Source: a virus (lineage: Duplodnaviria > Caudoviricetes). From it: 28,068 nt of DNA. This document shows, piece by piece, positions 9,804 to 17,739 of this stretch (position 1 is the first letter of the stretch; every line of letters starts with the position of its first letter). The position numbers were made by a program, and so were the translations under genes. The stretch is from the IMG/VR virus record IMGVR_UViG_3300025674_000283, positions 1 to 28,068 of that record; one strand, written 5' to 3'. Under the pieces are notes generated by a model. The model saw only the letters and a list, made by a program, of their open reading frames with translations, searched no databases and was not told where the DNA came from.

Positions 9804-9971
9804 ATGGTAACGGAAGAAACAAAACAAGCTGTAGACGTAATGGCGGCATCAACTGGTATAATGTCGTTGGCGGCTTGGTTGCCTCCCATTGCCAGTTTAT
9901 TTACGATTATCTGGTTAGGTATTCGTATTTATGAATCAAAGACAGTACAGAAGATTGTACACAAGAAGTGA
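9804..9971 (+). CDS. Small membrane protein, holin-like (not in ORF track)
   Basis: 55 aa MVTEETKQAVDVMAASTGIMSLAAWLPPIASLFTIIWLGIRIYESKTVQKIVHKK; SD AAGGA; hydrophobic core, basic C-tail; GTGA overlap with next gene. Confidence 0.8.
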   Translation: MVTEETKQAVDVMAASTGIMSLAAWLPPIASLFTIIWLGIRIYESKTVQKIVHKK

Positions 9972-10594
9972 GACAAGTATTTTGTTTACTAATGATGTTG
10001 TCTTGGGTAACATTAGCGGACAACGCGCAAGAAGGTAGTTTGAATACGTACCACGGTGCTAACTCGACTACGAATAGCAATAACACTACACAAGATGATT
10101 CAGTAAGTAACACCTACAACGGAGTAGGAAGCAGTAGTGAGATACCAGTAGGCTCTGCAATTAGTCCTAGCTATATGAGTAGCGGTATGGACACTTGCCT
10201 TAAAGGTACAGGGGGTTCGCTACAGACAGTAGGTGTAGGGTTTAGCAGTGGTAGCTATAAAGTTGATCCTAACTGTGATAGACGTAGAGATTCTAAGTTG
10301 TTATCAGATTTAGGAATGAAAGTAGCGGCAGTTGCTAGAATGTGTGAGTCAGTAGAAGTATGGCGTTCAATGTTTGTTTCAGGTACTCCTTGCCCTTTGC
10401 TTTTAAACGGTAAGTTAGTTGTAGGTAAACGTGCAGTATTGGCTATGAAGAGACAGCCTGAGATTTACATTCCTGACTACAACAAAGATACAAAAGATTG
10501 GTACAATACTATATTAAACATAGGAGAAGAGGATGCAACTGAAGAAGACACTACTGTCTCTATTATTGCTAAGTTCCGCACTACAAGCAAGTGA
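9968..10594 (+). CDS. Exported cysteine-containing protein of unknown function
   Basis: Signal-peptide-like MRQVFCLLMMLSWVTLA|D, N/S/T-rich linker, then four Cys (DTC, PNC, RMC, GTPCP) and GMKVAAV motif. Confidence 0.8.
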   Translation: MRQVFCLLMMLSWVTLADNAQEGSLNTYHGANSTTNSNNTTQDDSVSNTYNGVGSSSEIPVGSAISPSYMSSGMDTCLKGTGGSLQTVGVGFSSGSYKVDPNCDRRRDSKLLSDLGMKVAAVARMCESVEVWRSMFVSGTPCPLLLNGKLVVGKRAVLAMKRQPEIYIPDYNKDTKDWYNTILNIGEEDATEEDTTVSIIAKFRTTSK

Positions 10595-11381
10595 AAAAGA
10601 TGAGTTACTAAATACCTCTTCTGATATTGTTAATCAGATTACTACAGGTATTAAACTAGTAGGGGCGGCTACAGAGTATGCACATCAAGGAGATGCTTTA
10701 TCGACAGGTAGTCTTTCTACTTCTGCTCATATTAGCGAAGCGCAAGTCGAAGCGTATAATCAAGCTTTAGATAACTTTGTAAATAACTATAAGCCCTACG
10801 GTGATATTAAAGCTGTTTTAGAAAACAAAGCTATGGATGAACTAGACTTGATGGATGAGGCGATAGGTCGTTTTACCGAAGCCGTAGTTGACATGAGTAC
10901 AGTGTTGCAGGTTAATGAAAAGATAGAGGAAGCTTCGACCCCTCAACAAGAAGATGAAGTACAGCAGTTTGTATCTTCAAACCAAGAAATATTAGAAGTA
11001 TCTCAAGAAAGCGTAGATAACTATAATCAATCTGTAGATGACATTGAGACCCATGCTAACAACGCTAGTGCTTACTTAGCTGTAGCAGGTTCAGAAGAAG
11101 CGGTAGCGTTTTTAGAGCAAGGTATTGAGAATGCTAATACTACGGCAGAGCAAACTACTATCTTTTACGATGCTAACGCACAGTGGGTATCTATGGGTTA
11201 CAACACTACACGTAACCTAACTGCTGTGTTCTTAAACGGTAATGATAACATGGGACTTGATTTGTACGTAACAGAAGCTGATATCTTAGCTTTAGGTAGC
11301 GAGTCAGAGTTCTTTCAAACTAGTCCTGTAGGTCAAGGCTATAACTGTTTTATGTACAATGAGGGATGTAACGAACTATGA
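10533..11381 (+). CDS. Exported acidic helical protein of unknown function
   Basis: Signal-peptide-like MQLKKTLLSLLLLSSALQA|S, SD AGGAG at 10522-10526, C-terminal CFMYNEGC pair. Confidence 0.8.
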   Translation: MQLKKTLLSLLLLSSALQASEKDELLNTSSDIVNQITTGIKLVGAATEYAHQGDALSTGSLSTSAHISEAQVEAYNQALDNFVNNYKPYGDIKAVLENKAMDELDLMDEAIGRFTEAVVDMSTVLQVNEKIEEASTPQQEDEVQQFVSSNQEILEVSQESVDNYNQSVDDIETHANNASAYLAVAGSEEAVAFLEQGIENANTTAEQTTIFYDANAQWVSMGYNTTRNLTAVFLNGNDNMGLDLYVTEADILALGSESEFFQTSPVGQGYNCFMYNEGCNEL

Positions 11382-11851
11382 AGCTATCAGAAACTGAGTT
11401 GACTATTGGTGGTGTTAAGTTAAAAGGTATTTATATAGCGGTTGTATTATCATTAGCAACCACAATAGCCTCAGCAGTGTGGACTGCAAGTAGTTTATAT
11501 TCTCGTTTAGCTATCGTTGAAAAGAAAGCATCTGCTGTTAAACCAGTTGTAGAAAAGGTACAGCTTATAGAGCAAAGACTCGAAGACAACGATGTGAGCC
11601 AATTAAAGGGTAAATTAGCCACTTTAAAGACTAGCCTAGATACCCTAGTGGTACAGCAAAAGAACCTCTTAGAATTGAAAGGAGACGTTTCTGAGCTATC
11701 TAAAGATATAGAGTCTATCAAAGGCACTGTGGCTAAGGCTGAGATTATTATTAAGGACATTGGCGATACAGATGCCAAGTTTAAAACATTAACAAAAGAA
11801 GTAGAAGATTTATGGCAGGGTATGGAATACCTGTCTAATCCATTGAAGTAG
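11378..11851 (+). CDS. Membrane-anchored coiled-coil protein (i-spanin-like topology)
   Basis: N-terminal TM IYIAVVLSLATTIASAVWTA followed by heptad-rich coiled coil; ATGA overlap with previous gene. Confidence 0.75.
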   Translation: MKLSETELTIGGVKLKGIYIAVVLSLATTIASAVWTASSLYSRLAIVEKKASAVKPVVEKVQLIEQRLEDNDVSQLKGKLATLKTSLDTLVVQQKNLLELKGDVSELSKDIESIKGTVAKAEIIIKDIGDTDAKFKTLTKEVEDLWQGMEYLSNPLK

Positions 11852-11859
11852 GAGTTAAC

Positions 11860-12150
11860 ATGCCTAAGAAGAAAGATTCAAGACTAGCTAGAGCAGGTGT
11901 ATCTGGCTACAACAAACCTAAGCGTACTCCGAATCATCCTAAGAAGTCACATATTGTTGTGGCTAAAGAAGGCGATAAAGTTAAGACAATTCGTTTTGGA
12001 CAGAAAGGTGCTAAGACAGCAGGTAAACCTAAAGCAGGTGAATCAGCTAAGATGAAAGCAAAGCGTAAGTCTTTTAAAGCTCGTCATGCTAAGAACATTG
12101 CTAAGGGTAAGATGAGTGCGGCTTATTGGGCAGATAAGGTTAAGTGGTAG
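11860..12150 (+). CDS. Small highly basic protein
   Basis: 96 aa K/R-rich, SD AGGAG, motifs IRFGQKG, RKSFKARH, SAAYWADKVKW. Confidence 0.85.
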   Translation: MPKKKDSRLARAGVSGYNKPKRTPNHPKKSHIVVAKEGDKVKTIRFGQKGAKTAGKPKAGESAKMKAKRKSFKARHAKNIAKGKMSAAYWADKVKW

Positions 12151-12159
12151 GAGGTCGGT

Positions 12160-12240
12160 ATGTATAGATACAGCAAACCAAAGAAGACTAAGAAAAAGAA
12201 AGTAACTGTTAAAAGAAAAGGAAGAAAACGTGCCTACTAA
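12160..12240 (+). CDS. 26 aa very basic peptide (not in ORF track)
   Basis: MYRYSKPKKTKKKKVTVKRKGRKRAY; perfect SD AGGAGG at 12149-12154; fills the gap between two basic genes. Confidence 0.7.
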   Translation: MYRYSKPKKTKKKKVTVKRKGRKRAY

Positions 12241-12433
12241 AAGAAAACCTGCTAAGAAGAAGAAGAAGTCTACAGTAAACTCAGCAGGTAACTACACCAA
12301 GCCAACTATGCGTAAGAATCTGTTTAACAAGATTAAAGCAGGTAGTAAAGGTGGTAAGGCAGGGCAATGGTCAGCACGTAAAGCACAGATGCTTGCTAAA
12401 GAATATAAAGCTAAAGGTGGAGGATATCGGTAA
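12230..12433 (+). CDS. Basic protein, DUF5872-like N-terminal half
   Basis: NYTKP..R...KGGKAGQWSARKAQMLAKEYKAKGGGY; family recalled from motif. Confidence 0.8.
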   Translation: MPTKRKPAKKKKKSTVNSAGNYTKPTMRKNLFNKIKAGSKGGKAGQWSARKAQMLAKEYKAKGGGYR

Positions 12434-12687
12434 TGCCTCTAAAGAAACAACAAAAGAGTTTAAAGAAGTGGACTAAGCAGAAGTGGGGTACTAAGTCAGG
12501 TAAGCCTAGTACTCAGGGAAAGAAAGCTACAGGTGAGCGTTACCTTCCCAAGAAAGCTAGAGATGCATTGTCCAAGAAAGAATACGCCGCTACCTCTCGA
12601 AAGAAAAGAGCAGACACTAAGAAGGGTAAGCAACACAGCAAACAACCACGAAAGATAGCTAAGAAAACAGCTAGGTATAGAAAATAA
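12433..12687 (+). CDS. Basic protein, DUF5872-like C-terminal half
   Basis: QKSLKKWTKQKW.TKSG, TGERYLPKKA, KKGKQ; TAATG overlap with previous gene. Confidence 0.8.
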   Translation: MPLKKQQKSLKKWTKQKWGTKSGKPSTQGKKATGERYLPKKARDALSKKEYAATSRKKRADTKKGKQHSKQPRKIAKKTARYRK

Positions 12688-12700
12688 CTAAGAGGCTAAC

Positions 12701-13558
12701 ATGGGACTTGAAACTGTAAACGATGACGGCACGGCAAGACTACATCAGCTAAACACCGCTAACCCTACAGGTACTGATAATAAGAATCAGGGCGATGACC
12801 ACATTCGTAATATTAAAAAGGCTATAAAAGATCAGTTTAGTGGTATATCTGAAGATACTGATTCAGGCGCTGTCACTGCAACTGCGGATGAGTTAAACAA
12901 GCTAGATGGCTGTACTGCTACTACTGCTAACCTTAATGCTCTTACAGGAATTACCGACTTATATGACGTTATATATCCTGTAGGTTGTATTTATGAGTCA
13001 ACAGAAAGCGATAACCCCAACGACTTATTCCCAGGGACTACTTGGAGTTCTTTTGGTCAGGGTAAGATGCTAGTAGGTTTAGACCCTAATGATGATGATT
13101 TCGATAGTACTTCTGACAGTGGTGGTTCTAAAACTGTAACACTTACAGAAGATCAAATGCCATCGCACGACCACGATGATACCTTTGCAACTTTGGGTTC
13201 AGGGGGTCACAGTCACAGCGTATCGGGGACAGCCGCTAATGGTGGTTCGCATACTCATGGTACTAACCTAAGATTTAAAACTAACGATGCTATTCTCGGG
13301 GGTCAAAAAACAGTTACTGGTGGAACAACATCAATAGACGACGACTATCATGGTGACGGACACGCTGCTTTTACTTCTACTATAGGTAACAATGTTACAA
13401 CCCACACTGGTCACACCCACAGCGTATCAGGTACTGCCGCTAATGTAAGCAATCACACCCACACTATAACTGGTAGCGTTAGTAATGCAGGTGGTGGCCA
13501 AGCGCACGATAATATGCCTCCCTACGTTGTTGTTTACCGTTGGAAAAGAGATAGCTAA
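12701..13558 (+). CDS. Short tail fibre / collar protein with T4 gp10/gp12-like C-terminal region and HxH motifs
   Basis: IYPVGCIY, GGSKTVTLTEDQMPSHDH, five HxH motifs, GGGQAHDNMPPYVVVYRWKR; N-terminal GDDHIRNIK attachment-type motif. Confidence 0.82.
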   Translation: MGLETVNDDGTARLHQLNTANPTGTDNKNQGDDHIRNIKKAIKDQFSGISEDTDSGAVTATADELNKLDGCTATTANLNALTGITDLYDVIYPVGCIYESTESDNPNDLFPGTTWSSFGQGKMLVGLDPNDDDFDSTSDSGGSKTVTLTEDQMPSHDHDDTFATLGSGGHSHSVSGTAANGGSHTHGTNLRFKTNDAILGGQKTVTGGTTSIDDDYHGDGHAAFTSTIGNNVTTHTGHTHSVSGTAANVSNHTHTITGSVSNAGGGQAHDNMPPYVVVYRWKRDS

Positions 13559-13560
13559 AT

Positions 13561-15156
13561 ATGGCTTATAAGAAGATAGAAATAAAAAGACCTCGTGGCA
13601 TTAATCTTGATCTGTCTCCTTATGCTATGCCTAATGAGATATGGAGTGATGGTTCTAACGTAACATTCAGACAGTCTAGAACTAACGTAGCTTTAGGATA
13701 TTCTGAAGTTTATGAAGCTGATGATGACTCGGAAGGAAACCCCATAGCAGGTCATCCGATGATTGCAGTTCCTTGGACAGACTTTAGCTCTAACTATTGG
13801 TTCTATGCTACTGAAACTGATATCTATCGTATTGGGTCTGATAACTCCCACACTAAAGTTACAAGAACCTCTGGAGACTATACTGGAGATTATGATGACG
13901 GTTGGACATCGACACTATTTAATGGTGTTTTAATATTTAACAATGGTGATGATGTCCCTCAGTTTTATAATACATCTTCAAACAAGTTTGAGCCTTTAAC
14001 GGGTTGGGATTCTGATGAAGTTTGTGGTGTTGTACGTCCTTTTAAGAACTATTTAGTTGCTTTAGATATTTATGATGGAAATACTAGCAACGCCTATCCC
14101 ACAATGATTAAATGGAGTGATACTGCTCCTCTAGGCGGCGTACCTGCTTCATGGGACACTGGAGACCCTGCGGTACAGGCAGGTTATAACATTTTACCAG
14201 ATACACAAGGTAGAATTATAGAGGGTAAGGCGCTTAACGATACGTTCTTTATTTACAAGAATGATGCTGTATGGGCTATGCAGTTTATTGGTGGTAATCT
14301 TGTATTCTCATTTAGAAAAGTATTTACAGACGGCTCAGGTATCTTGGCTAAGGATTGCGTTACAGAGTTTTCAGGTAAGCATTTTGTTGTGGGTGTTGAT
14401 GATGTTTACATCCATGACGGAACAACTAAGAAGTCTGTTATTACTAACAAAATGCGTAAGGCTTTTTATTCTCAAATTAATCCAGAGCATACAGACAAAG
14501 TTAAATGTACTCACGATTCTAAAAATAGAGAAGTATTAATTAACTACCCCTCTGTTGATAGTGAAACAGGTGAGTCAGATAAAATAATTATTTACAACTA
14601 CGAGTCAGACACGTGGTCACAGCGTGATGTAGATAGAATAGCTTTTATTGGTCTTGGTCATGTTGAAAGAACTACTGGTGAGCCTGAAGGTTGGGACAGT
14701 GACTCAGGTACTTGGGATGAAGATGGTTCATTCTGGGGAGAAGAGTCTTATAACCCCTCTCGTAATGATTTATTATATGTTAAACATGGCGATGCTAATA
14801 ACGATTCTGGTTTCTTTTTAGGCGATACAGGTCTTAGCATCAACGGAGAAACATACAAACCTTTTGTTGAGCGTATTGGCTTAGACTTTGAAGATGACAA
14901 AGGCTATAAGTATATTAACGCTATATACCCACACTTTGAAGGTGAAGGTACAGTTAACATCTACGTAGGTACTGAAGAATATCAAGGCGGCGGTATTACA
15001 TGGTCACAGCCTCAAGAGTTTGTAATAGGTGAAGACTATAAAGCTACCTTTAGAGAAAGTGGCAGATACATTGGAATTAAAATGGAGTCAAAGACTGACA
15101 ATATCTGGGCATTGACTGGATACTCTATTGAGTACAGCTATGAGGGAAGACAATGA
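13561..15156 (+). CDS. Tail nozzle / DNA stabilisation protein (P22 gp10 or T7 gp12 analogue)
   Basis: 531 aa beta-rich, propeller-like; IKWSD, DVYIHDG, YNYESDTWS, RESGRYIGIK; position in tail module. Confidence 0.8.
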   Translation: MAYKKIEIKRPRGINLDLSPYAMPNEIWSDGSNVTFRQSRTNVALGYSEVYEADDDSEGNPIAGHPMIAVPWTDFSSNYWFYATETDIYRIGSDNSHTKVTRTSGDYTGDYDDGWTSTLFNGVLIFNNGDDVPQFYNTSSNKFEPLTGWDSDEVCGVVRPFKNYLVALDIYDGNTSNAYPTMIKWSDTAPLGGVPASWDTGDPAVQAGYNILPDTQGRIIEGKALNDTFFIYKNDAVWAMQFIGGNLVFSFRKVFTDGSGILAKDCVTEFSGKHFVVGVDDVYIHDGTTKKSVITNKMRKAFYSQINPEHTDKVKCTHDSKNREVLINYPSVDSETGESDKIIIYNYESDTWSQRDVDRIAFIGLGHVERTTGEPEGWDSDSGTWDEDGSFWGEESYNPSRNDLLYVKHGDANNDSGFFLGDTGLSINGETYKPFVERIGLDFEDDKGYKYINAIYPHFEGEGTVNIYVGTEEYQGGGITWSQPQEFVIGEDYKATFRESGRYIGIKMESKTDNIWALTGYSIEYSYEGRQ

Positions 15157-15695
15157 GGCTTGAATATGTTCCACTGCCTCCTCCGCAAGATGTTGAAGGT
15201 ATTCCTGTATATTTACAAAGTGAATTACAGCGTATCTCTAGATTCTTAGGTGGGATTAGTGAAGTACATGACTCAGGTATGTTTTTATCTACAGCAGGGG
15301 CTACGATGGCTCTTACAACTACGCCCGCTACTGTCACAGCTTATGACACTATTAGAGCAGATGAAGAAGGCTTAGAGGCTGACAAAGATGCAGGTACATT
15401 TACGTTCTTATCTGCAAGTAGATATCGTTTAAACTTCAGTGCAAACATGAGTCATCAATCAGGAGGTCAAACAGACACTACGATTGGTGTATATATAAAT
15501 GATGTGTTACAGGAAGGTACAGAGCATACATTAAACTTTAATGGTTCTCATTATCTTCCTATCTCCTTTACTGCTAAAGGAACAGCAGAGCAAGGCGATG
15601 TAGTAAAGATAAAGATGGCTATGGATAGCGGAACTTCAACAGTTACATTTAACATCCTAGACGTAGACATCGAAGGTAAAGCGATAAATGTATAA
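15153..15695 (+). CDS. Probable tail needle/tip protein with C1q/TNF-like C-terminal domain
   Basis: N-terminal YLQSELQRIS helix, then GTFTF..SRYRLNFSAN..GVYIND..GDVVKIKM beta pattern; directly after nozzle. Confidence 0.55.
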   Translation: MRLEYVPLPPPQDVEGIPVYLQSELQRISRFLGGISEVHDSGMFLSTAGATMALTTTPATVTAYDTIRADEEGLEADKDAGTFTFLSASRYRLNFSANMSHQSGGQTDTTIGVYINDVLQEGTEHTLNFNGSHYLPISFTAKGTAEQGDVVKIKMAMDSGTSTVTFNILDVDIEGKAINV

Positions 15696-16095
15696 AGTAA
15701 GCTTAGTAAAAGACGTTGCAGAAATAGAAAAGAACCTGAACGTAATCATTGACTATCTTCTTAAAGTAATTGACAAAGCCCCTGAAGTTACTTTAAAGAC
15801 AGTGTTAGAAAGCATACAGAAAGGACACAGCCAGTTGTGGTTAGTCTATAGAGAAGAAGAAATACTAGGGGCTATTGTAACTAAGCATGTTTCATATCCT
15901 GTTAAGGAAAGGTTATTGATACATCTATGTGGTGGTAAAGATATTAGAGAGTGGGTCAGTCTTTATTTAGAAACTGTTGAAGACTGGGCTAAAGAGAAAG
16001 GACTAGATGGTGTTGAAATATTTGGAAGAAAAGGTTGGACTAAACTTATTCCAGATTATTCTTCCGATATAATATACATGGTAAAGGAGTTTTAA
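15688..16095 (+). CDS. GNAT-fold-like phage protein
   Basis: QLWLV, GAIVT, YP, LCGGKD, WAKEKG, GRKGW motifs; precedes ejection genes as in many podoviruses. Confidence 0.65.
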   Translation: MYKVSLVKDVAEIEKNLNVIIDYLLKVIDKAPEVTLKTVLESIQKGHSQLWLVYREEEILGAIVTKHVSYPVKERLLIHLCGGKDIREWVSLYLETVEDWAKEKGLDGVEIFGRKGWTKLIPDYSSDIIYMVKEF

Positions 16096-17109
16096 ATGAG
16101 TAAGGGTGGCGGTCAAACTACAACTGAAGAGCAAACTACTTCAAGTCAACAAGTACAGTTAGGGGAAGAGCTACGTAATATGTCTGTTGGTGGCTTGATA
16201 GATGCGTACAATCTATACAATCAAGGCACTGAAGGTATCTATCAAGGTACTAGACTAGCGGAAGAAGACCCTCTAGTTGCTCAAGGTGAACAGGCTTTAC
16301 TTGATCTATATGGTGAAGGCGGTGGTATAACTAACTTACTTAGCATGGGTCAGGCAGGTCTTGGCAACTTACTAGGTGCGGCAGGTACGCCTATGTCTTA
16401 TGACACCTCTAGTACTACTGACTTGTCTACTAATACAGCATTTCAAGATCAATTAGCAAGTATCTTAGATGAATCTAATGTTGCCTTCCAACGAGGTTCT
16501 GTTCCGTTGTTCCAGAAAGGTACTGCGGCAGGTCAGTATGGTGGTAGTGAAACTGGTGAAGGTTTGGGTTTACTAGGCGGTGAAATTAACAGAGCTACGC
16601 AGAAGTCAATAGCAGATGCGGCATTAGCACAGCAAAAGTTAAATCTACAAGAACGACAATTAGCACAAGCAGATATAGGTCTCGGACTTCGTGACAAAGC
16701 ATTAGGATATCAAACTGCTTTAGGAGCGTTAGGTCAGCTTCCTGCCTTTACTTCTCAGCTTGAACGCGGTGGTGGTATTATGTCCGCTATAGGTCAGGAC
16801 AGAACGGCAAGAGATCAGGCAGAGTTGATGGATATGATACAACAGTATGATGCTCCGCGTATGGCTGAGATGGCTAACCTTGCACAGTTCTATGACTTCC
16901 TATCTGCAAGTCCTCTAGGTAGAGAGCAGTATCAAACAGGTGAGTCTTCTACCACAGCTACACAAACACAGCCTAACTCTGATCCGTTCAGTACGTTACT
17001 CGGTGTAGGCTTGACGTTAGCGGGTATGCCTGTAGGAGCAGGTCTTGGCGGGGGTTCTGTAGGTGGTAACTTCTTAGCAAATATGATAAAGCCAAAAACA
17101 GGTGAGTAA
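16096..17109 (+). CDS. Ejection / DNA transfer protein
   Basis: Begins MSKGGGQTTT; G/Q/A-rich; AAGQYGGS motif; Gly-rich hydrophobic C-terminus. Confidence 0.75.
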   Translation: MSKGGGQTTTEEQTTSSQQVQLGEELRNMSVGGLIDAYNLYNQGTEGIYQGTRLAEEDPLVAQGEQALLDLYGEGGGITNLLSMGQAGLGNLLGAAGTPMSYDTSSTTDLSTNTAFQDQLASILDESNVAFQRGSVPLFQKGTAAGQYGGSETGEGLGLLGGEINRATQKSIADAALAQQKLNLQERQLAQADIGLGLRDKALGYQTALGALGQLPAFTSQLERGGGIMSAIGQDRTARDQAELMDMIQQYDAPRMAEMANLAQFYDFLSASPLGREQYQTGESSTTATQTQPNSDPFSTLLGVGLTLAGMPVGAGLGGGSVGGNFLANMIKPKTGE

Positions 17110-17112
17110 GTA

Positions 17113-17739
17113 ATGACTAATGATATTGTTCGTAAGTTTGTAATACGAGAAGAAGGCTTTCCAATGGAAGGTGATAAAGCTCGTACTTACATTCCAAAGA
17201 AAGATGGGAAAGCTATCGGCAAGTCTGGCTTAACCTTTGGCGGTGGTATCGACATAGGTCAAATGGACTTGAAAAGCTTTATGAAGCTAGGACTGCCTTC
17301 AAACATACAAGAGTCTTTACTACCTTATGTAGGCAAGCAAGGCGAAGATGCGTTAGCTGTTGAAAGAGAGCTTGGTCATTTTAGCTTGCCTTCTAACGTA
17401 GCAATGGACATAACTAATGCTCACATTGATAAAAGTACTAACAAGGTTAAAGACTACTTTAAAGGTATTGACCTGTCACCTGAACAGTTAGCTGTTGGTG
17501 TTTCTCTAGTACATAACTATGGCGATGGTGCTTTGAAGTTTAACACCATGAATGAAATAATGAAAGGGGATATGACGAAAGGCATTCAAATGCTACGTGA
17601 TCCTAACGAGTGGACAAATGAAGAGCTACTTCCTAGACGTAACCGTGAGGCTGATCTTCTGCAATCATATATAGAAAGACAGGCTAAGGCAATGGCACAA
17701 CAGCGACCTCAGCTACTGAATACTGGAGTAATGCAATGA
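17113..17739 (+). CDS. Pesticin C-terminal-type muramidase (lysozyme fold), probably virion-associated
   Basis: FVIREEG, YIP, SGLTFGGGIDIGQ, SLVHNYG, RRNREADLL. Confidence 0.85.
   Translation: MTNDIVRKFVIREEGFPMEGDKARTYIPKKDGKAIGKSGLTFGGGIDIGQMDLKSFMKLGLPSNIQESLLPYVGKQGEDALAVERELGHFSLPSNVAMDITNAHIDKSTNKVKDYFKGIDLSPEQLAVGVSLVHNYGDGALKFNTMNEIMKGDMTKGIQMLRDPNEWTNEELLPRRNREADLLQSYIERQAKAMAQQRPQLLNTGVMQ

Noticed and set aside
2042-14539. Same-strand alternative-frame ORFs 2042-2284 and 14261-14539
   Set aside because: Fully nested in portal and nozzle genes, no convincing SD or lipobox
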